IMG/VR virus record: IMGVR_UViG_3300020465_001196
Length of the DNA: 64,000 bases
DNA from: a virus
Taxonomy: Duplodnaviria; Caudoviricetes
Direction: 5' to 3' (one strand)
Numbering within the stretch: the first letter of the stretch is position 1; every line of letters begins with the position of its first letter. Shown here piece by piece: positions 10,798 to 20,560 of this stretch. The translations under genes and the position numbers were made by a program. Below the pieces are notes generated by a model that was not told where the DNA came from, ran no database searches, and saw nothing but the letters and a program-made list of their open reading frames with translations.

Positions 10798-11018
10798 TAT
10801 TCCTCCTTTAGTACAAACGATAGTTTTGTTGATCTAATTATTACTTGTTTTCCAGTTTCAATATTTGTATATGAAATACCATTTGGTTTTAAATCTCTAA
10901 ACTCTTTAACACGAACTTGAACTTTTTCTCCTTCAAGCCAATAAGTTAAATCTGCTGGTGCTCCAACAAACAAATACCATATATTAAGAAAAAATTGTTT
11001 CATGCACTTGTTTTCCAT
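10797..11018 (-). CDS. Hypothetical protein
   Basis: 73-aa ORF coupled to its neighbours. Confidence 0.5.
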   Translation of the reverse strand: MENKCMKQFFLNIWYLFVGAPADLTYWLEGEKVQVRVKEFRDLKPNGISYTNIETGKQVIIRSTKLSFVLKEE

Positions 11019-11218
11019 TCTTTTGATAATTTATCTTTTGCTTTTGGTTGTAATTTATTAAGTCTAAATGTTAATACTTTTTTATCGCCTTTACTTGTAA
11101 CAATAACAGGTTGTCCATGGCTGTCTTTTTTAATATCTTTAATTTTTGTTGACACATTTCTAAAACGTCCAACTTCAACCATATCACCAACTTTTAATGT
11201 TAATGTTAAAGACTTCAT
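11000..11218 (-). CDS. Small basic SH3/KOW-like protein
   Basis: LKVGDMVEVGRFRN..KIKDI..D.HGQPVI. Confidence 0.5.
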   Translation of the reverse strand: MKSLTLTLKVGDMVEVGRFRNVSTKIKDIKKDSHGQPVIVTSKGDKKVLTFRLNKLQPKAKDKLSKEWKTSA

Positions 11219-11736
11219 AATGGCTTATCCTTTTTATAGTCATCCCAACCTGTGTAATTGTTTGGAACTTTAATTGTTTCAATAGTTGTTGACCATACAC
11301 CAGGATTTGTTGCTTCAAAATCTTCATCATCAAGTTTGATATTAATTGTACCTTTTACTTTTTCAATATTAGGTACAGGTATAGCATAAGTTATACTAAA
11401 ATTTGGATTTGATAAAAAGTTTTTAATCTGAGTTGGAACTGTAACAGGATCAACATCAATTGTTACATGAAATTTTGCATTTAAACATTCTCTAATTAAA
11501 CCTACTAAAGGTGTTGTCCATTCTTCTTTCCAATTCTTTAATGAATGATTTGCACCAAAATAAATTTGTTCACAATCTTCTTTCATTACCTTATTAACAA
11601 ATATGTATGGTTCTTCTCTAGGTATTCCAACAACAAAATATGTTTTCATACCAAAGCATGGTGTTCTTTCAACTTCTATGCCTGTAAAAGTTAAAACATC
11701 ATCACGTACTACTTCTGAATCATATTGTCTTTTCAT
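11215..11736 (-). CDS. Conserved phage hypothetical protein (YFGANHS motif)
   Basis: FTGIEVERTP and IYFGANHS; lies between the dpdL-like and dpdA-like genes. Confidence 0.55.
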   Translation of the reverse strand: MKRQYDSEVVRDDVLTFTGIEVERTPCFGMKTYFVVGIPREEPYIFVNKVMKEDCEQIYFGANHSLKNWKEEWTTPLVGLIRECLNAKFHVTIDVDPVTVPTQIKNFLSNPNFSITYAIPVPNIEKVKGTINIKLDDEDFEATNPGVWSTTIETIKVPNNYTGWDDYKKDKPL

Positions 11737-11742
11737 AATACT

Positions 11743-11770
11743 ATTATAACACTTTTCCTATAGTTGTCAA
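11743..11770 (-). promoter_or_regulatory. Sigma70-type promoter giving a leaderless mRNA
   Basis: TTGACA-N16-TATAAT with TGn extension; ATG begins 7 nt after the -10 element. Confidence 0.8.
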
Positions 11771-11772
11771 TA

Positions 11773-12183
11773 TTAGATATCACCTTCTTTACGATTTTCG
11801 CTTTGGATAGCTGAAAATTCACCTTGTGGATATCTGGCCATTAATTTTTCTTTATTAGTGTTTATTACTTCATTTGGATTTACACCAAGTGCCATACAAC
11901 CTTGTGTCCAATACCAAACTACGTCTCCAAGTTCTTTAATCATATGTGTTTTTGTTTCATCAGTTAAAGGTTTTCCTTGAAAAACTAATTTTTTAACAAT
12001 CTCAGTAAACTCCCCAGATTCTGCTGATAGGCCAAGTGCCGCTGTTAACAATCTTGGAATATCTCCATTTCCTAGATCATCTAGCCTTTGCCTAAATGCT
12101 GTTGAATCTTTTGATTCATCACTTGTAACTTTATCTACAAACTCTGAATACTCTTTTAAATCTATATTATCTGACATCGTCAT
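11773..12183 (-). CDS. mazG: MazG-like nucleotide pyrophosphohydrolase
   Basis: LGLSAESGEFTEIVKK..KELGDVVWY..N.EKL..RYP. Confidence 0.9.
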   Translation of the reverse strand: MTMSDNIDLKEYSEFVDKVTSDESKDSTAFRQRLDDLGNGDIPRLLTAALGLSAESGEFTEIVKKLVFQGKPLTDETKTHMIKELGDVVWYWTQGCMALGVNPNEVINTNKEKLMARYPQGEFSAIQSENRKEGDI

Positions 12184-12397
12184 CCTCCATTTTTTGTTTT
12201 ACTTTGTCTATCAAATCATTAACGTCTTGATGCCATAAAATTCTATCTTTTGGAATAGCATCTATCAATTCATTAATTAGTTCTCTTAATTGACTGTATT
12301 GTAATTTAACATTTGCGGCTTCGTTTTTATATTCGTTTGCCATATACTCTGCTGTATATCTCATTTGTGCTTCTTTATTCTGCCAATCTGCTGACAT
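12167..12397 (-). CDS. Hypothetical coiled-coil protein
   Basis: 76-aa ORF with RBS. Confidence 0.5.
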   Translation of the reverse strand: MSADWQNKEAQMRYTAEYMANEYKNEAANVKLQYSQLRELINELIDAIPKDRILWHQDVNDLIDKVKQKMEDDDVR

Positions 12398-12407
12398 AAT
12401 ACCTTTC

Positions 12408-13934
12408 TTAAATTGTTTCTAACACCTTTTCTAAATTTTCTAACTTTTCATCATTTGGATCACCTAGTTCTCCATCACCCATTGAACTTTGTGTTTCAAC
12501 ATCAAATAAGTTACTAAAGTTATTACCAGATTGTCCAGTCCATCTTACACCTCTAATATCATGTAAGAATGCTTGATTGTCTTCTAGCATTTCCATAGGT
12601 TTTTCTGATTTAAAAAAGTCTTCAACAAACTGATTAAAATAAAGTACATTTCTAGGACACCAATCACTGAATTCAACTGACGTTTCTTTTTGTTTTGCTT
12701 TACGCCAATGTCTATAATCTGGTTTATGAATTACTGATTCAATATCCATTATTTGATTTGCTTTTTGTACAATCTTAATATGTTGATTAACATTATGACC
12801 CATCATTAATGCATAAGCAAATGAGTCCCAAGATGTTTTACCTTCTTTACCTACTTTATTTAAATCGCCAGGTCCATACCAACAAATGTCTCCTATAGTA
12901 AGCCTTTTACCTATCTCCGACTCCCATGGGAACGGTATAGTAGAAAGTTTTAATGCTTTACTATCAGTTGCTTTGTCCATAATATATGACCATCGCTTGT
13001 TAGTATGAACCGGCGAAGTATAAACCAAACCGTGTGCTGTTGCCACAAAGGCACTTGCACTATCATAAGATACTGTAAGGTTTGGGTTAACGTGCTTTCT
13101 TAATTGTCTTTGAATTGATGTTAAGAAACAAGCCCAATCTAATTTACTTGTACCCAAGAAGTGTATCCAATCCCTGTTATCAAGTAATTTAGAATCTCGC
13201 AATATAATTAGGCGTCGGAGAGCCATACTCATATCACACATATTGTTTCCACCAAATGCCCAACCTTCAAATGGAAAATGCTTAACAGCATCATACCATA
13301 CATCCCCAGTTGGAACATCAAAGCCTTGAAGCACGTTTAAGAACTTGGTTTGTCCAAGTCTATTCTTTAAAAAATATTCATTGTTATGTACTGTACCTGC
13401 AATACAATCACCATACGATTTCAATCCTGTTTTTGGACTATGTGTGGCATCACTTGCCCAACTAGGAATATCTAACACCATTGACCAATCTGCTGTAAGT
13501 TCTAACCAATGTAGAATCTTATCACGCATTGCGTTTGCAGATTTGCCTTTGAAGTTTTCCCAATCAAATTTTAGTATACCTTTACCAATTTGATATCCAC
13601 CACTGTCACCTACAATGATAGTATCTTTTTTGTTTCTTGTATGAAACATTGATTCTTGAACCATTGATTTATCAACATCAAGATGGGCGTGTCCTGCCGA
13701 ATACAAACCATATTTGTAATTGAAGTATCCTTTTTCTTTATTAAGATAATTCATTCCTTCAATACCATTTTCAAATCCTTTTGGAATTCTATCATCTGGT
13801 ACAAATTGTTTATCAGTGCCTATAGTTTGTTGTTGCTTACTTACGTAAGTTTGATAAAAGCCACTAACTGCTGGTAAAAACACAGCATAGTCTTTGTGAC
13901 TGGCTGTTAGATCTTCTCCGTATGGTTTATTCAC
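12408..13934 (-). CDS. dpdA: DpdA/TGT-like guanine transglycosylase (7-deazaguanine DNA insertion)
   Basis: GDSGGYQIGKG, LNVLQG, GWAFGG, WIHFLGT and SYDSAS motifs of the TGT fold; co-occurs with folE/queE/dpdL. Confidence 0.75.
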   Translation of the reverse strand: MNKPYGEDLTASHKDYAVFLPAVSGFYQTYVSKQQQTIGTDKQFVPDDRIPKGFENGIEGMNYLNKEKGYFNYKYGLYSAGHAHLDVDKSMVQESMFHTRNKKDTIIVGDSGGYQIGKGILKFDWENFKGKSANAMRDKILHWLELTADWSMVLDIPSWASDATHSPKTGLKSYGDCIAGTVHNNEYFLKNRLGQTKFLNVLQGFDVPTGDVWYDAVKHFPFEGWAFGGNNMCDMSMALRRLIILRDSKLLDNRDWIHFLGTSKLDWACFLTSIQRQLRKHVNPNLTVSYDSASAFVATAHGLVYTSPVHTNKRWSYIMDKATDSKALKLSTIPFPWESEIGKRLTIGDICWYGPGDLNKVGKEGKTSWDSFAYALMMGHNVNQHIKIVQKANQIMDIESVIHKPDYRHWRKAKQKETSVEFSDWCPRNVLYFNQFVEDFFKSEKPMEMLEDNQAFLHDIRGVRWTGQSGNNFSNLFDVETQSSMGDGELGDPNDEKLENLEKVLETI

Positions 13935-14677
13935 TATTGGCTCCTAGCAGGAAGTATGTATTCATATTTGCCAATGCCAGAATCAATTGCAATTTGCATT
14001 GCTCCTTGATCACTAAATGACATTGTCGCTTGTGAAGTATCACTTAATTTAAGAATACCTAATACTTGTGCTAACGGCCAAGCCCAACCTTTTGTAAGTT
14101 TGCCTTGTACATTACTAGCAAATGGCATTTCAGTTCTATCATTAGCACCATCACCAATATAAAACTTTAATGTATCACCATCTGTCTTTGCAACAAATGT
14201 TGGCTCAAAGCCACCCATAATACTATTAAAATATGCCAAGTCTTTTAAATTTTGTGCTGTAGGTTGTACTGTAATATCCCATTCAACACCTTTAAATTTA
14301 ATTGTTTTTAATTGTTCTTCAATTAAAGAGCTAACCATAAATCTATAGCTCGAACTATAACCACTTGGAGTAGTAAATTTTAATTCTTCTGCAACATCTT
14401 TACCATCTCTAGTTGATGTCACAACTTCAATGTTTGCTCCATCTTTACCATAACCTTCATAGTCTAAATAACCTTTCAATACAGAAAGTCTACCCATTCC
14501 AATTAAGCCAGGAACTTCTTCTAACTTGTTGTTCAATTTGCCTTTTAGAACAACTGTTCTTTCTTCATCCATTGCTTCAACCATAGTACCATCATCTGTG
14601 TTTTCAAGTTTTACTGCTTGAATGAACCCCAATGAATGTGTATGTTTTACAATGTCTAATAATACATCTCTTAACAT
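13934..14677 (-). CDS. DNA polymerase sliding clamp (gp45/PCNA-like)
   Basis: 247 aa; C-terminal SDQGAMQIAIDSGIGKYEYILPA; near polB. Confidence 0.65.
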   Translation of the reverse strand: MLRDVLLDIVKHTHSLGFIQAVKLENTDDGTMVEAMDEERTVVLKGKLNNKLEEVPGLIGMGRLSVLKGYLDYEGYGKDGANIEVVTSTRDGKDVAEELKFTTPSGYSSSYRFMVSSLIEEQLKTIKFKGVEWDITVQPTAQNLKDLAYFNSIMGGFEPTFVAKTDGDTLKFYIGDGANDRTEMPFASNVQGKLTKGWAWPLAQVLGILKLSDTSQATMSFSDQGAMQIAIDSGIGKYEYILPARSQ

Positions 14678-14722
14678 AATATTTTCGCCTCCGACGTTTG
14701 TTTTATTTTTACTATATTAGCA

Positions 14723-14926
14723 TTACTGCTTGTCATTGTCAATATCTTTTTTAGACTTTATCCACGCCCTATGATGATGAAAATCAATTGACTGCATGGC
14801 CACTGATTTCCATATAGTATTGGCCTCTTCTTTATTTTCAAAAGGTCCGTGAATTTTTCTTGTTTTTAAATTCATAGTTGTATAGTCACTCGGATCTGTA
14901 TGCATTCCTTCTACTATGTAATACAT
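14723..14926 (-). CDS. DUF4170-like small protein
   Basis: YYIVEG..TD......HGPF....EA...W resembles the alphaproteobacterial DUF4170 pattern. Confidence 0.55.
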   Translation of the reverse strand: MYYIVEGMHTDPSDYTTMNLKTRKIHGPFENKEEANTIWKSVAMQSIDFHHHRAWIKSKKDIDNDKQ

Positions 14927-14927
14927 A

Positions 14928-15707
14928 TTATTTTGTTCCGGCTATTGAATTTGTGTAATCTACAGCAAATTGAATGTCTAACCATTCTTTTGGAGATAGT
15001 GTTGTTTTCCAACCTAATTTTTTTAATTCAGAATTGTCTGCTGTATTATCATCTGCTTCTGCATCTTGGCCTTCTTGTATAGGAACATTATATCCTGCGT
15101 GTTTTACAATGTCACTGACTTTGTTACCTTGGCCAGTTCCTACTTCATATGTTGCATTTTTATTTTGTGTGCCTGTATTAATGAATATCAGTACTGCTGA
15201 TACAACATCTTCTACATAAATTAAGTCTCTAATATGTTCTGTAGCAAATTTAACTGTGCCATTTCTTATTCTAGACATAAGCATTGTATCTCTAGCACCT
15301 TTACCAAATACAGTTGTAAATCTTAATCCAATTTGTCCTGGATGTGCTACTGCCTCCATTGCTTTTTTACTTGTACCATATGGTGATTTCCACCATGCGT
15401 GTACACAAGAGCTTGATGCATATACTACAGGAATACTATTTTTATAACATAAGTCAAAAATCTTTTTACTATACTCTACATTAGTTGTCCAATACAATTC
15501 TGGCTCTTTTAAACTGCGTCTTACATCTGCTATTGCGGCCAAGTGTACTACAAAATCAACATCTGCTGGAACTGTGGTAGAAGAAAAATCTTTAATATCT
15601 TTACCATGAGCTCTATCCCATTCTATGACTTCATGATCTAATTCTTTTAGTTTTTTAGATAAATGGCTACCAATAAATCCTGTACTACCTGTTACTACTA
15701 TTTTCAT
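14928..15707 (-). CDS. NAD-dependent epimerase/dehydratase (extended SDR)
   Basis: VTGSTGFIG, HLAA, YASSS, PYGTSK; start moved to MKIVVTG. Confidence 0.9.
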   Translation of the reverse strand: MKIVVTGSTGFIGSHLSKKLKELDHEVIEWDRAHGKDIKDFSSTTVPADVDFVVHLAAIADVRRSLKEPELYWTTNVEYSKKIFDLCYKNSIPVVYASSSCVHAWWKSPYGTSKKAMEAVAHPGQIGLRFTTVFGKGARDTMLMSRIRNGTVKFATEHIRDLIYVEDVVSAVLIFINTGTQNKNATYEVGTGQGNKVSDIVKHAGYNVPIQEGQDAEADDNTADNSELKKLGWKTTLSPKEWLDIQFAVDYTNSIAGTK

Positions 15708-15790
15708 AATATAAGTCCTTTTACAGTACCCGCTAGTATTATACCCCAACATAGTAATAACATACACCAAATAAATGCTCTTATCATCAT
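15704..15790 (-). CDS. 28-aa hydrophobic peptide MMIRAFIWCMLLLCWGIILAGTVKGLIL
   Basis: ATGA overlaps with both the polB stop and the epimerase start. Confidence 0.6.
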   Translation of the reverse strand: MMIRAFIWCMLLLCWGIILAGTVKGLIL

Positions 15791-18507
15791 ACTGTTTCAA
15801 ACAAAGAATCAAATACTGCTGACTTTTTAGTTGATTCTAAATCCCATCCTAATCCACTCATTAAGTTACTAACTTTTTGATCAATAATTGTTTTTTCCAT
15901 TTCATCATGATCAAAAGGTAATTCTTTAAACCATTTTGGAATATTTAGTTCATCAATAGGATATGCAATTGATGTATAGTTCATTGGATTTGGTTTTAGT
16001 TTACACACAATTACTTTTTGTCCATCCATAATTGGTAACGAATATAAGTCTTTGTATGCTTCACGCATTTTATTCCAATTAATACTTGCTCTAACATGAC
16101 CAGGTAATGCTGGTTTTTTCAATTTGCCATTACCATTGCCATTCATATGACCAACTCTTGCCGTATGCTTACTATATCTTATTAATTCATCAACATACTT
16201 GGTTAAGTTGTTTACACGTTTAGGAGTACCTTTTTCCCAACCAGGTTTTTCGCTAAACTTTCTTTTAAATTCTTGTATACCACTTAATATTTCTGTTTTA
16301 TCTTTGCCTGTTAAAATCTCAATTAAAATCTTTGATAAAAAGTTTTGTACAAACTCAGGTGTATCTGATCTTTTTAAATCAAGACCCATTGCTTTTAATT
16401 TACCAGGCTTATCAGCATCTTGTCTATGTCCTTCTAAATCATATATAAGAACTGCATATCTTTTCTTTGTAATAAACAATCCTTTTGATGCAACCATTTC
16501 TCTTCCACCAACAATTATTTTACCATTTTCAATTGGCACATTAGTTGCTTTTTGCATAAAAGATGGAAACGATTTGTTTACTTCATTTGCAACATTATCA
16601 TATAGTTCAACTACTGCTTCTTTAGACCAAGGTAGTTTACCACTTTTAACATCTTCTTTTACCATTGAGTATGCACTAAAGTAAACTGAATCTGTATCAC
16701 CATAAACAATTGCTTTGCCTTTGTGATCATATTCACCTGCAATAATTTCATTTGTAATAGATGCCATATGTTTTGTAATTGTTCTACCAGTTAATGTAAC
16801 TGACTGTCCAATCCTATGATCAAAAAATCTACAGCCTGGATTTAATATTGCACCATATAAACTGTTCAAGTTAATTTTTTTAACAAGTTGTCTTTTATCC
16901 CAAAAAGCAATAGCATCTTTATCATCATTTTTAATTGCTTCTTTCATATTACCTTGTAATACTTTTCTTTCTGCAAACCAACGTTCTAGTAATCCAGGAA
17001 TAATTGCTTTTTCTCCTGTGTTAAAAATAGTACCATTTGCTGATAAACACCAATTTTGATTTTGCTGAAATATTACTGCATATAATTCAGCACCACTCAT
17101 TTCTTCTGTTGTGCCGTCTTCAAAATCAACTATAATGTTTGTACCACGATCTTGTTCTATAACAGATGTATATTCTAATGTACCAAACAGACCTTCCCAA
17201 GAATCAGCCGCTGACTTTTTCTCATTATATATTTTATTATTAATATATTTTTCTGTATGTGTTGGTCTTAACTGTCCAACGATAGTTTCCGGACCCATAT
17301 TCAAACATCTAATTACACTTGGATATAGTGAATTAATATCAATAGCGCCAATCCAATCATGCAAACCTTTTTTAGGTTTTGCTACATAGGCACCAACTGC
17401 CGCATCTGTTGAATGTGGCTTACGATATTTTCTATCAGGAATAATTAAGTTTCTTTTATGTGATTCATTTACAATTGCTTGTTCTGTAACTGCAACTGCA
17501 CCCATTGTTGTTTGTAGCAATACAGTATTTGCGTGTGCTAATACATTTGACAAGTCAATAAACTTTAACTTCTTATCAAGTTTTGCCAATAGTGCTACGT
17601 CTTGTCTAGAATATGCAATAAACTTTTCAAAATCTTCATTATATAATTGATCAAGTGTTCCTTCATATGCAACTTTCTTTTCACCAATTTCATATTCACC
17701 AATTGCATCTAATCTATAACTATGCATCTCATGATATGTATATTTTCTATATAACTCTAAATAATCTAAATGAACTCTACCAAAGAAGTCATATGTTTGT
17801 TGTTCATTACCAAACTTTGTAAACATTCTTTCACGTGGATATAAGTCCCATAAACTAAAACGTCTTACGTCATCTTTACTTAAAACCATTTCAGTTCTGT
17901 TTACAATATATGGAATATCAAAACCTTCACTGTTCCAACCACTTAATATATCTGCATCTTCTATTAAATGTAAAAATGTATTAAGAAGTTGTGCTTCTGT
18001 TTCACACAATACAGTATTTTCAAATTTCTTTGCAATCGAATCTGCCATTTCAAACGGCATATCTTTTGGAGCAAGGCATAACGTAATTAAACTATCAAGC
18101 CAACTTAAATGAACACTAATTGCTGTGATACGTTGATGTGGATCATCTGGTCTTGCAAATCCACGATCTTTATCAAAGTCAACCTCAATATCAAATAATG
18201 CTATATGAAGATCTGGTGCTTCTCTATCTAAATAATTTTCTTCTAAACATCTAAACACAGGGTTAAGATCAGATTCATATAATCGTTGCCCTTCATAAAG
18301 TTTCTTTTCTTTTTGAAATGCTCTACTACTTGTAATTTCAAACTTGTCTAATGATCTACCATATATAGATTTATATGGACCATCTTTATCTTCATAATAG
18401 AATCTATAACAAGTAGGATAACTTTTGTATACCCTCTTGCCATTTACTCTTTCTACAATGTTAATAGTGTCTTTATCTCTATTTAAGTAAGCGTCTACAT
18501 AACTCAT
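15787..18507 (-). CDS. Family B DNA polymerase
   Basis: Exonuclease FDIEVD and GWNSEGFDIPY; polymerase DINSLYPS, KINLNSLYG, YGDTDS, KKRYA. Confidence 0.97.
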   Translation of the reverse strand: MSYVDAYLNRDKDTINIVERVNGKRVYKSYPTCYRFYYEDKDGPYKSIYGRSLDKFEITSSRAFQKEKKLYEGQRLYESDLNPVFRCLEENYLDREAPDLHIALFDIEVDFDKDRGFARPDDPHQRITAISVHLSWLDSLITLCLAPKDMPFEMADSIAKKFENTVLCETEAQLLNTFLHLIEDADILSGWNSEGFDIPYIVNRTEMVLSKDDVRRFSLWDLYPRERMFTKFGNEQQTYDFFGRVHLDYLELYRKYTYHEMHSYRLDAIGEYEIGEKKVAYEGTLDQLYNEDFEKFIAYSRQDVALLAKLDKKLKFIDLSNVLAHANTVLLQTTMGAVAVTEQAIVNESHKRNLIIPDRKYRKPHSTDAAVGAYVAKPKKGLHDWIGAIDINSLYPSVIRCLNMGPETIVGQLRPTHTEKYINNKIYNEKKSAADSWEGLFGTLEYTSVIEQDRGTNIIVDFEDGTTEEMSGAELYAVIFQQNQNWCLSANGTIFNTGEKAIIPGLLERWFAERKVLQGNMKEAIKNDDKDAIAFWDKRQLVKKINLNSLYGAILNPGCRFFDHRIGQSVTLTGRTITKHMASITNEIIAGEYDHKGKAIVYGDTDSVYFSAYSMVKEDVKSGKLPWSKEAVVELYDNVANEVNKSFPSFMQKATNVPIENGKIIVGGREMVASKGLFITKKRYAVLIYDLEGHRQDADKPGKLKAMGLDLKRSDTPEFVQNFLSKILIEILTGKDKTEILSGIQEFKRKFSEKPGWEKGTPKRVNNLTKYVDELIRYSKHTARVGHMNGNGNGKLKKPALPGHVRASINWNKMREAYKDLYSLPIMDGQKVIVCKLKPNPMNYTSIAYPIDELNIPKWFKELPFDHDEMEKTIIDQKVSNLMSGLGWDLESTKKSAVFDSLFETV

Positions 18508-19535
18508 TTGCTATATACTTGTCCGAATTTGTTGTTTATAAATGTTTCCCAATTAATATCTTCTTGTTTGATGAATCCTTCACCTGTAATTTCATCTCTA
18601 CAATAAGCTAACACTATAGCACAAACTCCTGACGCTGTCGACCTCTGAATTGCACTCATTCCATCTTCACCAAAAATACTTTTCTGATATGAACGTTCTA
18701 TTAGTTTACCTTTAGATATTCCAATTACTTTAACTAACATAACTACAACATCTTCTGTTGTATATGGAACTTGTTGATCAAAAAGGTCTGCAATTTTATC
18801 TCTGTTTCTTTTTAATCCTAAATCTTGTAATAAGAAATTCATCCTGTCTCTATGTCCAGGATATCTAATAGTTTTATAACTTAGATTTTGTACTTTACCA
18901 TCAAATGTTTCACACATTGTTGCTACTCCACCTGATGTATTAAATGCTTCATATTTTCTACCATCAATATAAATTTTTTCTACACCTGTTAATGGTGGAA
19001 TTTCTAATTTTTGGCCATCTACAATTGCATCACATAAATTACAATATTCATTTATTAAACCATTAGTAGACCAAGTCAAATAATAACTCATTTCGTTTGA
19101 TGGATAACGTGGTAATGCACCAACTCTCATTTGTACATCATGCACTTCTTCAAACTCTTTTGTTAAATTAGAACCTATGATATTAACTGCTCCAGGTGCC
19201 AACCCACATTGTGGCATCATAAATGTTTTAGTGTCTAAATCTTTAATATAACTAGTTACATCAGTATCTTCTGTTAAATCAAAATATGCTACACCCATTT
19301 CAGAAGCAACATAGGCAATTTTTTTATTTAAAAAATAAGGGGCCGCTGAAACAACAACATCTTTACCTTTTAAAAAATGTTCAATTTGCTTTTCATCTGA
19401 TGCATCAATAGGTATACATTCACCATTTGATGTATCTTTGTCTGCGACTGTTACATTGAAATACTCTGATTTTAATAGACTGGCTATGATTCTGCCAATT
19501 TTACCATTTCCTATAACTGCTACATTATTTTTCAT
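18504..19535 (-). CDS. Saccharopine dehydrogenase / lysine 6-dehydrogenase-family oxidoreductase
   Basis: GNGKIG, YFDLTED, CGLAPG, GLINEY, YKTIRYPGH. Confidence 0.85.
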   Translation of the reverse strand: MKNNVAVIGNGKIGRIIASLLKSEYFNVTVADKDTSNGECIPIDASDEKQIEHFLKGKDVVVSAAPYFLNKKIAYVASEMGVAYFDLTEDTDVTSYIKDLDTKTFMMPQCGLAPGAVNIIGSNLTKEFEEVHDVQMRVGALPRYPSNEMSYYLTWSTNGLINEYCNLCDAIVDGQKLEIPPLTGVEKIYIDGRKYEAFNTSGGVATMCETFDGKVQNLSYKTIRYPGHRDRMNFLLQDLGLKRNRDKIADLFDQQVPYTTEDVVVMLVKVIGISKGKLIERSYQKSIFGEDGMSAIQRSTASGVCAIVLAYCRDEITGEGFIKQEDINWETFINNKFGQVYSK

Positions 19536-19539
19536 AAGT

Positions 19540-19851
19540 CTATTTTTTCTTGGTACTTCTATTTACCTTTGATAGTTTAATACCGTAGGCATTTGCTAAT
19601 TTTTCAGGTTCCATACCATCAATTGCAATAATATTGCTATAGTTAAAATCATACCATTTACCATCAACATTAGATCTTGCGTGGAAACATACTGAACCAT
19701 TATTTTTTTTCTCTATTTCATTTATAGTAAAAAATCCTTTTTGGTCAAAAGTTCCTCCACCAAATTCATTGGCTTTATACCATGCTTCAATTTCAGTATC
19801 TACAGAAACAATATTACGTTTGACTAACGTATCTCCGAGTTGTTTTTCCAT
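19540..19851 (-). CDS. Conserved phage hypothetical protein
   Basis: C-terminal IIAIDGMEPEKLANAY. Confidence 0.55.
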   Translation of the reverse strand: MEKQLGDTLVKRNIVSVDTEIEAWYKANEFGGGTFDQKGFFTINEIEKKNNGSVCFHARSNVDGKWYDFNYSNIIAIDGMEPEKLANAYGIKLSKVNRSTKKK

Positions 19852-19961
19852 TTTATTTTTCTTTCTTTGTTAGTTGTTTTTCCTACACTATATCCTATTC
19901 CAAATGATACTGCTATCACAGTACATATAGCTAGAATATGCCATATCCAAAATGAGATCAT
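19824..19961 (-). CDS. 45-aa membrane peptide MISFWIWHILAICTVIAVSFGIGYSVGK...
   Basis: ATGA-coupled to the upstream ORF; missed by the ORF track. Confidence 0.55.
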   Translation of the reverse strand: MISFWIWHILAICTVIAVSFGIGYSVGKTTNKERKIKWKNNSEIR

Positions 19962-20560
19962 TTTTTATCCTCCTTGAATTCATCAAATGTTATTGCTGTT
20001 TCTACTTTTAAAATTTTGTCATGTAAGGCTAATTTACAAAGCATTACATCATCTTTTTCAGCAAGATATAAAACTGGATTGCACCAATAATATTCATACT
20101 GTCCTTTTGTTCTTATCATTTTTATTAATGACGACCCATATCTAAATCTAGTAGTATCTTTATCTTTAAAAAATCCTGTAAACCAGTCAACTGGAAAATT
20201 GTTAGACGAATCAAATGTAATTTTATATCTATATTTGTTCCAAAATAAAGTTGTTCTTGTTAAGCAACCAGGATTATTATTTAAATGTTCATAATGTTTT
20301 TTGTTTAAAGGCTCGTGTACTTCTGTTACGTATTGATGATTACTATCTAAAACGTGCATTAAGTCTTTTCTTGTTTTAAAAAACATTTGAAAATTTTTCA
20401 TATGCCTTACACGATAACTATTTTCTGGTAATGTCTTCATCCATTCAAGGATTTTTCGCATTGCACCATACCAACCATCTATATCGTCATGCTGATGATA
20501 CATTACTAATTTGTAAGGGTACTCTCCATAAAATAGTTTTGTTGTATTCTTAAACTGCAT
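19958..20560 (-). CDS. Hypothetical protein with two similar halves
   Basis: LFYGEYPYKL and LFWNKYRYKI internal similarity. Confidence 0.6.
   Translation of the reverse strand: MQFKNTTKLFYGEYPYKLVMYHQHDDIDGWYGAMRKILEWMKTLPENSYRVRHMKNFQMFFKTRKDLMHVLDSNHQYVTEVHEPLNKKHYEHLNNNPGCLTRTTLFWNKYRYKITFDSSNNFPVDWFTGFFKDKDTTRFRYGSSLIKMIRTKGQYEYYWCNPVLYLAEKDDVMLCKLALHDKILKVETAITFDEFKEDKK

Noticed and set aside
15781-15790. TGA-TGA-TAA after polB as evidence of UGA recoding
   Set aside because: Explained by the overlapping ATG-ATG-ATA start of the 28-aa peptide; TGA serves as an ordinary stop elsewhere, so the standard code fits
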